The position numbers and the translations under genes were made by a program. The notes under the pieces were generated by a model, which saw only the letters and a list, made by a program, of their open reading frames with translations, was not told the DNA's origin and made no database searches. Positions 12,296-26,072 of a DNA stretch of 64,000 nt are shown here, one piece after another (positions within the stretch are counted from its first letter, which is position 1; each line of letters starts with the position of its first letter). This stretch comes from Pelomyxa schiedti. Taxonomy: Eukaryota; Protista; Evosea. The stretch covers positions 1 to 64,000 of the forward strand of contig JAHLWZ010000602.1 in the NCBI GenBank assembly GCA_020536535.1. The letters run 5' to 3'.

Positions 12296-13479
12296 TTCAT
12301 ATCTTTCGGGTGGAAGTTGTTTTCCCTCCAGTTCCTGTAAAAGCGCCCCATCAGAGTACCTTCCCTTTCCACACTCCAACAGGCGTGGTCCTGCTCCTTT
12401 GCCATTGTCAAGCACATGGTGTGAGTAAATACCTTGGTTGTTGGTGGAAACATGCGGCCTAAGTCCCCGGGCTTCGAGGAAAAAGATAGTAAAAAAAAAG
12501 CCGTTGTTACGGTGGTGACGGGTACGAGGAGAAGGCGGAAATGTGGCGACGAGCCATGACGGACAACATCTGCACTAACGGGTGTGGCAACACGGACATG
12601 TACAACAATGCACCAGCGGGTACCCTTGCCTGTTGCCGCTGTTGTATGGGCGTTACTGGTGTGTCTTGCTAGTGCCGGTGTTTTTTGGCGTTGCAGGTTG
12701 TTGCCTTCAGCTTTAGGTTTTTTCCTCCCTTTTTCGGTTTCCCTTTTTGTTTCCTTTTTCCTTTTCTTGTCAAACTCCTAGTAGCTTGTTTGAAATATAA
12801 CCAGCATTGAGTTATATCTGTACACTCTTGCAACATCGGGGCTTTCCCACAGAGCACCACTGAAATGGTCAGCAATCAAGCTTACTCTGGTTTCTGGGGC
12901 TCCTTTCCTTTTTCATGGATCTCTTGGGTGCGTCCTCAGCTAACTCCTCCCTTTCCAACTAACCTGACAAGCATGTGTGGATTCCAGTGGCGATTTTGGT
13001 ATGTCCTTCTCCTTTTTTTTCCTTTTCTGTTTTCCTTTTTCTCCTTTTTTTTTCCTTTCTCCTTTTTGATTGCTCTTGTTTTATTTTTTTTTCCGGTTTG
13101 TTGTCTAGAATTTCAGCTGGTATGTGACTTCTTCTCTCTTCGTCATCCCAGTTTCACTTTGTGTAAAAGGTAGTGACTTGCAGCAGCATATGGTCTGGCA
13201 TGCCCAGGAGAGTGGCTCAACTACACATGACCCCAGATTGATGAACTGGGCACAGCACTTCACCTCTACAATAACAACACCCTTTTACACTTGAACTGAC
13301 ACCAACGAAGAAATTTTTTTTTGGCAACTTTTCTTGTTGCATTCTCTTGGTGTAGCTCCTCCTATGAGATGATGCTCGGCCCAAACCACACAAACACAAA
13401 CCTTCATCAAAGGAGTCTGCCACCGAACCTCAGCCATGAGAAGTTTGGAAATTAGATTTATTTGAGGTTAGTGACACCC

Positions 13480-16400
13480 TTAGTCTTTCTCACCTGGTAC
13501 CATCTCAATGGGGGATTGGCACATTGAGCTGAGAGCTTCAAACAAAAGGCGGGCTGTAGGGCGTACATCAGGGTCAGTTGCCACACACTGGTTGATCAGA
13601 TTCACCAACTGGGGTGGTGTTCCACGAGCGGTGGGCAACTGAGGAGCAACGCCAGCGGTCGTGGCGAGGCACCGCCGCAGTGTCGGCTTGGGTGTGAGCT
13701 CTGACAGAATCACCCCAAACGCAAATATGTCAACCTTGGGGGTGCAGAAAAGCCGGTTCGCCGCCTCACTGCAACTGCCATCTTCTGTGATTGTGCTGAA
13801 TCCGGCAACTGCAACGTCGGTCACCTTGTTGCCTTCCACGGTCACCACGATGGTCTCCAGCCTGAGGTTGCTGTGTACAATGCTACCCTGGTGGAGGTCC
13901 TTGATAGTGCCAATGATTTCCCGGGCTATCACAAGTGCATCCTCCAGCCTCATGGTGGATATGTGCCTCTCCATGTGTTCCTTCAATGAGTATGTGAACC
14001 GCGGGTACACAACGCACCACAAGTTGGGTTGTTGTCTGAATACCATTTTCAACGGCAGCACGTGCTGTGAGCACTGCGTCATCTGGTGCCAGTGATGCAG
14101 GTCCTCAAAGAACTCCCTCTGTCCACTTTCGTTGCGCATAGGAAGATCAACAACCTTCACATAAACGGTGGTGTCGTTCCAAATGCCTTCCCGTGTGCAG
14201 TTGCCTTCGAGAGCAGCACATGGTGAAGAAGTGAGAGACGAACAAGGTGGGAGAAGGACTGGATTGTCATGCAGCATCATGTCCTCTGAAGCACGTATCC
14301 GGGCAATCAGTTTCCCGAATTTCCTACGCATCGTTGACCACTTTCCCAGCGCGGTTATCTTGTCTTCAGGGCAAGCATTTATCATTGTGAGTCTCTGTTT
14401 ACAGAGGTCACTCACGCGCAGCATACGTTGCGCTATGAACTCCGTGGCTCTTCCCCTGGCCATAGTTTCCAGCTTCACTCGTTGTGCTTCTACCTTTTCT
14501 CGTTCGCAGAGTGAATCAAGCATGCGTAGTGCCAAGTCCTTTTTAAATTCATCATCAACAGTGTAATTTATTTCAGGGTAAAGTGATGCTCCCAGAGTTC
14601 CTAAAGATGCAGTCACACTTGTTCCCAATCCGAATATTAGTAAACTGCCTCCTCCAGTGACAGGGGCGAGGAGAAGAGTGGCCAAAGTCGCACATATCGA
14701 AAGGCAAGTCAGACCTACCATGGCTGCTAGAGCGTGGCGCCGCATCGTCGCAACATAGTTAGGACCTGCATTCCACAACAAATCTCTCACATCTTCAGTT
14801 GTATCAAGTTGTTGAAGGTTTTCTTCAATACATTTCTGTATTTGAATACGCACTTTAGTTATGACGGGATGAATGACATTCACTTTCAGCCAATGAATGA
14901 GATTTTGCGTGAGATATGTTTCAGCTTGTTGTGTTTTTGAGACTCGGGAACTGGGATCATACTCAAAGGGTAGAGAAAGAGCTGTCCTCAAGAAGTGATC
15001 CCTAACACTCTGGATTTCTTCTTTCAGAATAAATGGGAGCTGCTGTGTGCATTGTGTTATATCAGCCAAGAGCCTTTCTTCTGTGCAATGAATCCTCTCT
15101 TCGGCAGTTTTTCTCATTTTCTGTATATCTTCACAAGAACATGTGCACAATGCTGTGAGGTTCCTGAAGAAGGTCCCAGAAGCTCTGCCGATTTGCTCAA
15201 GGGCTGTACAGCACCGCTTCTGTTCAGCAGCAATGATCCAGTGCAAAAATTTGTCCATGAATAACCCATGTGTAAATTTGCTGGATGGTTTGTTGCACAT
15301 TAAGTCGTGTGCACTCACACAACAAAAAGACATGCACTTCTGGAAATCATCTGGAATGGTGAACGATCTCGTTGCTGGTGACTGAAGCATCTTTTTGAGA
15401 TGCCTGTCATATATTCTTAAAATAGCAGCCTCTGTTATCAGATTGGGATCCCCATTCAGCTCTTCAGCAATATCATCGAAGTCAAAATGTGTGTTGGCAA
15501 AGAAAATGTCGGGTGTGTAATCATCAACTGAGAGGCCTTTTGAAGCTTCAGCAATTACTTCTTTCAGAGTTGTCAAAGCCCCTTCGTCCTGTTTACCAAA
15601 CTTTGCCGTTGCAAAGCAGAAAACTACACCATGTGGACGGTAATGTCTCAGGACCAAAGCAATGAATGGGAAGATGATTGCACCAAGGGAGTCACTTATT
15701 GCGTGGCCAGGCAAGTCCACAAGTTCGATGCCAGCCTTCAGAAGGGGCACAGGGTATTCCACAACGATTATTGTGGTCAATATGTCTCTCATCGTTTCTT
15801 CATTCTCGACACCTGATTTTTTCTCGTCAGGGTCAACAAAGAAACCTTTTTGGTGAAAGGAATCAGACACCTTGGAGCATAGCAGAACGATCCAGGTGGG
15901 GAAAAAGCTTGCCAGACACTGTTTCTGGAGGGGTCAAGTTTGTGAGACTCTCCAAAACCTCACCTGTGACGATATGGCCATCAACAACTTTCGCCGAGCG
16001 AATGCACGCGTTTTCTGGGTCCGCATACTTCAGCACACACACTCTGGCAGTGCAATGTCCATTCTGTACTTGAAGAATGTGCTGCCCACAAAGGGAGTTG
16101 ATGAGTGATGTTTTTCCTGAAAGAAGGTGAGAGTGAGACTGGGAGCAACAACAAGGGAAGTGGTTCTGCACACACCAACACCAGTGGGGCCGTAGGTAGC
16201 AATTCGAACAGGCTCCTCTTTGCTGCACGCCCTCCTCACGGACTCCTGGTCCTCGGGTGGCATGAGTGCACTCTCTTCAGGTATCATCATCATATCAGAA
16301 AGCTGTTTCTGCAAACTCTCATACCTTTAATTTATTAAATATTCGAGGTCTAGTTAAGAAGTGGAAAGCCAAACCGTCCAAAGTAATTGACAGGAATAAG

Positions 16401-16619
16401 TTGTTCGCGTACGGCGACGAGCGACTTTGCAAGCTTTTCGTGGTATGTGTCGCATGCGTTGGTGTGTTCCTTCACGAACCTCGACGCCACTACGTAATCG
16501 AGCGGTTTTACTTCCTTTGGTTTTGCTGTAGCACCAGTTGTGGGGGTGGAAGGGACAGCAGTGGGAGTTGTGGCAGGTTCTATTGGCGAAACTTGAGGCT
16601 TACCGGCGCTGATGCCCAT
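13480..16619 (-). CDS. Dynamin-like GTPase - hydrophobic hairpin - pseudokinase protein (copy D, intact, 4 exons)
   Basis: MGISAG start; GPTGVG/KT; GHCTAR; DLPG; FFANTHFD; LAPVTGGGSL hairpin; HSNLRLET and VAGF pseudokinase motifs. Introns lie at the same positions as in copies A, B and E. Confidence 0.88.
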
Positions 16620-16684
16620 AAAATTTTTTAACTTGGTTTTTTGATTTCCACAATTGCAGTAAACTTATATATATGGTGGCTCTG

Positions 16685-16790
16685 TACACCAACACCATAG
16701 TGACCAAGAACGCAATTCTAACAGGCTCCTTACTGCACACCCTCCTCACGGACTTTGGGTGAAATGAGATCACTCACTCATGTCATTCAA
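16685..16790 (-). pseudogene. Isolated relic of family exon 2
   Basis: Translates to SVRRVCSKEPVRIAF, then a degenerate G1 and the homologous intron donor. Confidence 0.65.
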
Positions 16791-17205
16791 GGTCCTTGGG
16801 TGACATGGGATCACGCACTTCAGTAGCCACCATCATACAAGTAATATCTTGCTGTTGACTTGCAAAGAACGTTCGTTTTTATTTTATAATAATTCACAAT
16901 TCTTCAGTTCCCCCCTCTGGTCCTGGTTTCATCCAAGAGCAGATTCATAGAAGTACTGGTGGCTACAGGGGGGTAAGAGAAAGGTACCCTGGTCCGTGGA
17001 CTATTCGCTTGTCGATGGTTCTCGGCGCCATTGTTGGATTTCCCACGTGTCGTAACAGTTGGCAGGACCCAACGGCAAGTCTGTTTTCTGCCCCTGAAAA
17101 CACCTGAGGCGAAGGTAGCTGTGTGATGTCATGATGCTGTGAAGAGAAATTCCCAGGGGGTCCCTTGGAGGAGCGACCAGGCTCATCAATTAGCTTAACA
17201 AATAA

Positions 17206-18226
<1,021 letters not shown>

Positions 18227-18515
18227 TTCTGTAGTTGTGTGTTTTTGAGTGTGACCCTTCTACTCAGAAGTAACAAATCAAGAAAAAAAAAAACAAAAAC
18301 ATTCTCAACCACATCTTGCTGTAAGAGAGAAAATGGCTGAATAAAAAAAACACCAGACCGCCGATCCTGAGCGATGATAAGGAAAATGACAACGTTCCGG
18401 TCTGTTGATTATTTTATTCAGCCAAATAACCAAGATTCCAAAAAAAGGATGAGATCAAGAAATTTCAAGAGGAAACAACGGCGGTTGGAAACCCAAAAAG
18501 AAAAACACTGCAATC

Positions 18516-19656
18516 ATGCGAGCACCACCGGCGAACCACGAAGGCACCCCCGCTTGTGTCCTTTGGGGATTATGGGTGGGGATGGTGGGTCTGTGCGTGG
18601 CGTCGTGGTTGTTCGTCGGAGGCTCGACCACGAGGATTCTGGTGTCCATAACAGCCGTGGACGGAGTGTGTAGGCTCGTGTGCAAATGCGGATTATCGGG
18701 CGCTTGCTACAAACTCATTTCTCCCGGGCCGGGGTAAAGCAACTGCTCCTTGTTTTCCTTTTTTTTTTTTTTTTTTCTTTCTCCCCTCTTTTGGTGAAAG
18801 GAATTTCTTACTTTTTTGTTGTTGTTGTGCCTTGGGGTAGGAAGAAGAAGAAAACGTTAGTTATTGGATTGACTGGAGGGATTTGTGCAGGCAAGTCTAC
18901 TGTGAGTGAACATCTGAAGCTCCTTGGTGCTACAATTATTGACACTGACAAATTGGCCCACGAGCTATACTTGCCTGGCAAAGAGGCTTATGACGTTGTT
19001 GTGAAAGGTATTAAGCTCTCCTACTATATGGACTAAAATCCATATAGAGTGGGGCAGCAGGATCGTGTCCGACGACAAGACCATCAATCGCCGGGTACTG
19101 GGTAACTTTAATACTATTAAAATGAAGTTATAGTTGCAACCCTGCTTATGTGGCTCCTTTCCAAATAGGGGGAATTGTGTTCAAGGACCCAGCCGAGATG
19201 GCCAAGCTGAACGGAATAATGTGGCCTCGTGTGCAAGCACGCTGCCTGGAACTCATTGAAGAGCATCGGAGAGCTGGTGCCAAAGTAGTATTTGTGGAAA
19301 ACGCAATACTCTTCCAGTCTGGAATGGAAACGATAATGGACGCTATATGGGTGGTAATTCTCAGTACTACCTAGTATTCACACTTTTTACAAAAGGATTT
19401 ATAGGTGTATGTGTCTAAAGAAGTTGCCAAAGTAAGACTCATGGAACGAAATAAGCTGACTGAAGAGGAGGCGCTTGCTCGAATAGCCTCACAACCAGAC
19501 CCCGATTCTCTCAAAGAACGAGGCACTGTGGTGATAGGGACTGACAGGTGGTTTCCTTACTATTATGCTGTTTTGTTCTGATAGTAATTCCAAACCAGAC
19601 CAGTGGAGGAAACCAGGGAAGAAGTCGCACACATCTACAACCAGCTGCTGCAGTGA
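18516..19656 (+). CDS. Dephospho-CoA kinase (CoaE family) with hydrophobic N-terminal extension
   Basis: VIGLTGGICAGKSTV, IDTDKLAHELY, INRRVLG-GIVF, LNGIMWP, RLMERNKLTEEEALARIASQ. The start codon is uncertain. Confidence 0.88.
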
Positions 19657-20534
19657 AGATAAATCTTCTGGAATGTTTCCAATAATCAACCCGTCACACC
19701 ATTCTTACACAACCCACACCTGAAACCAGCACAAAGGCACTACTTGCCAACCAACACCCACCAATTACACATCATCTATTTGATGGGGGAAAAAAATGTG
19801 TTTTCTTTTTTTCATTGGTAAACACCAAACACAGGCCATCCCTGAGGCTTGCATGCTTGCTTTGCACTCAATAATGCCTTTACTGCTTGGCTATCACTGG
19901 ATTGACCTGAACTTGCTTATAACATGGGAAAGAACAGAGAAACATTCACTGACCACCAAAAACCACTATTTCAGTGACAGCAACTCCATGGAGTGTGGAG
20001 GGTCCATCTGGATCCATTTGAGTGAGTCTAAGTCCAGATTCCACATCAGGTACATTACACAATTTCCTCCGGAGATGTACATTTTACTTCCTATCTATTT
20101 GGGAGGGTTTTTCCATTGTGTGGTTGTTAAGCATATGAATAAAACATTACAGATAACGGCCGCGTGGTCTTAGCTGCACTGGAGCTGTGAAAAGGCCACC
20201 AAAGTCTTTTATTTATTTATTTAATTTGATTTAATCGAATTGTTTTTGTGTCACGATCTCTTTGCACATGCACTGCAGGGGAATGTGAGGAGTGATGGGA
20301 GACTGAACAGGTTTGAGAGTTCATGCCAACTACCCGGTAGTATTTATTTATAGTGCACCCACGCAAGAATGAAAATTCCCGGCCGAAACGTTGGGAAAAT
20401 AATTTCCCAAGAGCTTTTTGCTACTTAAAACATAACGCATACTTTTTCGGTTTTTTTTCTTTTTGGGGGCCAAAACGTGTATGCGCTATGCGATATTTTG
20501 GTGTGGTTTTTCCATTTAACACCCAAGTGCAGTG

Positions 20535-21908
20535 ATGTCAAAAGTTACCGTCACCATTGTGTTTGAAGGCAAAGCACGCCAAATCTCTGTCCCGCGTTCG
20601 GCAACAAAAGAAACGCTCACAAAACTGACACGGGTCGCATTTCGGCTGGACAGCGATGTATCTTTGGAGTTTACCACTGACACTACAAAAGCCAAGGCTA
20701 AAGCCAAGCCTGTCGCCAATGTAAGCGCAACACTACAAGAGCTACTATTTGGTTGTTCCCTTGCACGTCATTCTAAATCGTAATTCCTTTTAGTTGACCC
20801 ACGCAACGGGAAGTGGTTACCAATTACTGCCGAGGATATTGAACGGAGAGAGTTTGTGGAGAAGTGGATAGAGACACTACCAGAGCGACCTCCTCCAAGC
20901 CCTCCACCCCCTGACCATTCTCAGATGGAGTGCGGAGAGGGGGCAGATACAACTAATCCCTCTTGGAAGACAGTGGAACCAAGTTGTTCCACTGCCACTA
21001 CCAAAACAGGTGAAGTTGTGTTTGAGACAATTGGGTCCACTGTGTCATTCTATCCAGTGCGAACTAAGGGGACAAACTACGTGAATTTGTGCACTGGTTT
21101 GCTGGATTATGCACCAGACCTGCGTGATACAATTAGACAATACACATCTGGACCCCAATGGTTTTGCTCTAAAGTCAACATGGCTCTTGCATCAGATAGC
21201 TTGGAGGGATTGACACAACATAAGAAGTACATCTGTGACCTTAAGTATGTGATTGGAAAATATGGCAAAGGGTTTGAGGGTGTTGTGCAGAGAGGTGTGG
21301 ATTTGACCCCTAATGAGATTCAAGCTTATCAAAACATGGGATCCAAGGAGTTTTATATACCCAGTTTCACTTCCGCATCCACCACAACACCATTTACAAG
21401 AAATACCACCATTCATTTCCACATGCACACAGGTGTGGGTTTTGCTATTGTGATACAACCAGACTGGACCGCCTTTCCAACAGAGAATGAGGTACTGCTT
21501 TCATGCTACAATGTGTACAGGATTCGCACCTTGAGCCCACTTGGGGTTCACACAGAGATACACATGGATGTTCTTGACTATCACGACTTCCATGATGACT
21601 ACCACAACACCCACTCACTGGAGGACACACCGATTGTCTATTCTCCCCCAGTCACCAAATTTACTGCTCCCCTCGAGTTTCTGCGACCTCGGGAGACACT
21701 GCATGACTTAAGTTCCCGTCTACAAGCAGCCTTTGGCCTGAGCCCCAGTGAGCTCTCTGGAGGATGGTGCTTCAGAAGTCCTGAAACTACATCGATATTC
21801 ACATTCCGTGTACCTGAAGAACAGTTCTGCAACCTGACTGACCATGGAGTACTCACAGGTTCAATTCCTGTCATGCTTATATTGACTCTTAATTCTCATG
21901 TTAGCTGA
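20535..21908 (+). CDS. R-S-E clade mono-ADP-ribosyltransferase flanked by probable ubiquitin-like domains
   Basis: YTSG...SKVNMAL, VQRG, SFTSAS and FPTENEVLL motifs. One phase-1 intron at 20752-20793 joins the N-terminal exon in frame. Confidence 0.8.
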
Positions 21909-24546
21909 CCCCAGTAGACGTGGACACCTGTGCCCCATTAGACTGCATATAGCAACGAGGCATCGCGTTATTGAAATCAGTTTTGAAGAAAGGTCATGAC
22001 CGGCGTGTAAAAGGGTCTTCAACTGTCACAAATACAAGATTCACACTTTTTTCGGATCTTGGCAGTTATGTGAAAACTTTAAGATAGAAGCCAGTACATT
22101 TTGGAAGGAAGAACACGGAGGAGCTATTCCTTTCTACCAGTTTTATTTAGAAAAAATGGCTTTTTTTTCCCATTGGGAATAACAGGTTTGGTGAAGGTGT
22201 GAAATTTGGAAATGCCTGTGAATGGCTGTGTGGCATGCTCCTACCTCTAATCATGCGAGCCTTCGAACGGTATAATAAACACAATTGTGGAATAATTAAG
22301 ATGTATACAACAAGTAAAACAGTGTTGAGGAGTCGCTACACACACAAGTGCCAATGTTAGGCTAGTGAAGTGGAATATCGCCCTCACAATCACACTGCAA
22401 AAATAGCCAAAATGAGCTTCTGTGGAAGTAATCCAACAATATCCTGCTTCTAATTTCACATTAATTCATATGGGGAAATTAGTTAGAGTCGTTTAACAAC
22501 CCAGTTGATAACACATTTGCACCACTGGCTAGGTACTGGGTGATGAAATTGACTAGTCTTAGCCATTGATTTGTGCTTGAATTGAATCCCGTTTCCCAAT
22601 ATATTCCCCGCACCACACTCCAGTCACGCCAACACTGAACTTGCCATGGCACCCCAACTCCACTTGCGCTTGCGCTCTTTTGCATGCACTCATGTGCACC
22701 AACCGAAGCCTGCTGCCCGGCCAAATAACTCTTTGTTTCCACGCTCTCAGCCATCTCTGCCTGGTATTGAGGTAATCGGCGCAACCGCGCCGCTTATTAA
22801 TCATATCCCGGTTATGACATTGTACAATGGGTCTCGCAACAGCGGGAATATGTGCTGCAGGTGTACACCTAACGTTTTGTTGATACTTGATTTAATTAAG
22901 GATGTGACGCCCCTGGTATGAGACGGAACTAACGGGTAGTCACAGGCACGCTTTGTGCCTATGTCGCGTTCGAAGAGAGTTACCAGGCTGTCCAAATGTT
23001 GGAAAGGTTCCGGTTTCTGTGTACAGAAGGAGAGGAATGGTTGCTTCCACCCCGTTATCAGCAATACACCAGGAATCCTTGAGCTGGAAGGCCAAGAACA
23101 CGGAGATGCAGGATCAAGAATGAGCCCTCCGCAACAGCCGGCCACATAGCGTCCATCCCACGAAGGAAAAAGGGTGGCACTTGCAAGGTTTCACAATACC
23201 AAAGGCGGCCATACATAATAGGCTATACACAAAGAGATCTAGATCCACAGCAGCAATCGCGCGTCGCAAAAATCAAACCGCCGGTGTCGCGACATTGAGC
23301 TACGAACGACTTGTTGGCAGTCAGCGACGTTCGCGTCGATCAGATCTCGGTATATTGTTGTTTATTTGGTGTGTCTACTGTATTGTACGGTCGTAGACGC
23401 TGTACCTTCGATTGTACAATGACACGGCGCTTTATTTTTGGATTTTTTGCTAACTGACAAACGAAAAAGCCCAGAGGAAAAAGGCGAAGAAAAAAAACAA
23501 CCAAAAAATCCAAGTATTCGTGAAAAACCACCAACACAAAACAACCAATAAGCGGTCGTCAATTATGTCAACGCCAAACAGCAATGCCCGGTCGCCTCGT
23601 TGTATGTGTAATTCGATAATTACAAACAAACACAAAATAAACCCAACAAGCACACAATAACATATACTTGCCAACATCATGATGCGTAGATCTACCAATC
23701 AGTGTAAATAATGGCGTGTGGTTGGGGGTGGGCTGCGTAATAAACGATGACTGACATCACCTGCACTTCTTTTTTTCCCTAACTGACAATGCATTGCAGT
23801 TATCGTAGGCCCGGGTTCTAAGGCAATCGAAATACCTGCACATGCTAATATGGATAACCTTACTCTTTCAACCTCTGTAGGGGGTACCTTGTACGGAACA
23901 ACTCCTGGAGGTAACCTTCAACACTTGCTCAAAGAAAACCATTTTGCTTACTTGGCACAGGAACACGCTTGGTTTATGACCGCAACACAATGCTGATGTT
24001 GCGTGGCTCTCCCCACGCCAAGACACCGCCTGAGATGGCGTTTGTGTCTGGAATTACCAAACCAACTGCTTTGTCTAGCACCACTCAGCAGCACAGCCCA
24101 ACACACGGGCCCACAATCAGCATTGTTGTATGTAACTCTTAACCCTCTTTCACTGTTGTTTACAATCCCAAGGTGCACAAAAAAAAGCCTACCACCCCCA
24201 CTGTATCGCCAACTGTGACACATCAACGTTCCCCAGGTATGCCGTATTGTTATTCCCTACTATTTGTATTTATGTTGAAATAGAACTTAAGCCTGTTGAC
24301 ATTGGTAATGGAATGGTGTTTCCCATGGAGTAAATGAACCTCTGTACACAACCCAACTGCCATCAGTTATCACATGCTAGCAGTCTGCATGTAAAATACC
24401 ATCACGAAATATCTGACACCTTGTGAATGACCAAACAACAAACAAAAACCAAAAAAAGAGAAAAAATCAGAAAAAAAAGGAAAATAAAAATGTTGCATAG
24501 CACTCTGCGTTTTCTTTTGGTTTTTTTTACAAATTGCTGCACCCAC

Positions 24547-25694
24547 TTAAGGGTGGCCATTCAAGAGGCTCCTGTGGAAATTTACTGCTGTTGTGTATTG
24601 AGATACAAATAACCATTGATTTGCCACAATGAAACTGCAGTTCGGGGAGGTAAGGTAAAATAAATGCGAGGAGGGGCAATACAGCAATAGTTCATTAGTT
24701 GTACGAATGAGTATGTTTCTATCTAAGGGTGTGAGTGGCAAATCTTTCATGACATCCGGCATTACAACTATTTAATTGTTGGTTCCCAAAGTTCAAATAT
24801 ATGAAGGAAAGTACCAAGAAGCCTTGTGAGATGCTCAATGCCATAAACTGAAGATGGAAGAGGAGGTGCGGACTTTTCTGATTTTGTTGGCGGCTGGTCA
24901 CTGTTGGAAGCACTTGAACCCTGAATGGTGATATAGTAGTGATGGAACTGTCTCCGCTCCCACTTATAGAGCAAGAAAATCCCCAGCGCCACATCAAAGC
25001 ATTGCTCTATTGCTTCTACTGCTCTGAGTGTGTGTAGGGACTCTGCCTCGTCAGTGCAGGTTCCAAGAAATACTATAAGGAGATCATGAACAGTGGGAGT
25101 CCTGGGTAGTGGGACCAGCTGAATATTAGAGTTATTTTGGGGTCAGGCCAAGGATTGGGAAAACACACATGCTTTTCGACTTCAATCATCTCATATTCGT
25201 CATTTAAGCGCTTTTTGAGTTTCTGAGGTACAGAAAGCTGAGTGGTAGTGGTTTCACTGTGTGCAGGAACAGATGATGTTGTGGCTGTTGTGTGCGAGTT
25301 GGTGTCTGGATGTTCGTGCAAGAGGTTGCAAAACTGACAAAGGACACAGGGATGGCGTGATAATACGTGCTTCTCCCACATGTTGAATGTGTGGAAATGC
25401 CTTGGACACCCAAAGTGCCTGTAAATGAGGCTACTTAGGATTGAAGAAAAAAGAGGTTCAACTCAACTGACACCATCTCAGTGGCCTTTTCTGTTCGCAA
25501 GCAGAACACACCAGTACAGGGACCATCCCAGTAGGGCATGAAGCATCAAAATTCTCTGTCAGAAGAAGGGAAAAAACAGTGAGTGAAGATAGACACTTCA
25601 GAATACTGTAAGTGACACAAATGATCACACAACACAGGGAAAAATTAAGACAAGCCAAAAAGTGCACACCTAGAAATTCTCGATCCACGGCCAT
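24547..25694 (-). CDS. MRG-domain protein with Cys/His-rich N-terminus
   Basis: VPQKLKKRLNDEYEMI, LVPLPRTPTV, FDVALGIFLLYKWER and PSSVYGIEHLTRLL are typical MRG15/Eaf3 MRG motifs. Confidence 0.78.
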
Positions 25695-26072
25695 AATGAC
25701 TATGACTTGAAAAAGTGAAAAAGACTAGTGGGACTATCTTTTCCCCTCTTTACTTGATTCCAATCAAAATACAATGGTCGTATGTGGTACTACAAATGCA
25801 AAGTTAATCGTCGACTTTGAGGGAGAGGATGTGCTAAGTCATATTGCAAACAAAATTTGATGGGGTTTAAATTGCCAATAGACAAGCCTTACATGGCTCC
25901 AAGCACCTAAAAAAAATAAAATGAGACTCTGAGTGTTTCTGGGCTGAGGACGGAAAAAAAAAAATTTCTTTCCTTTTTGTTTCTATCTTTCTTTTTTGGC
26001 TTGATTAATAAGGTACATCAACAAAGGGACAAAGTGCTTGGCTCGTTTGTTGTTGGTGAATAGAGTAAAACA

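Noticed and set aside
12460-13440. Short ORFs between copies C and D
   Set aside because: No motif support; partly T-rich intron-like or UTR-like sequence.
21950-24400. About 2.4 kb without a recognisable gene; possible decayed mobile element
   Set aside because: No transposase, RT or integrase motif, terminal repeat or target-site duplication could be identified by eye. Left unannotated.
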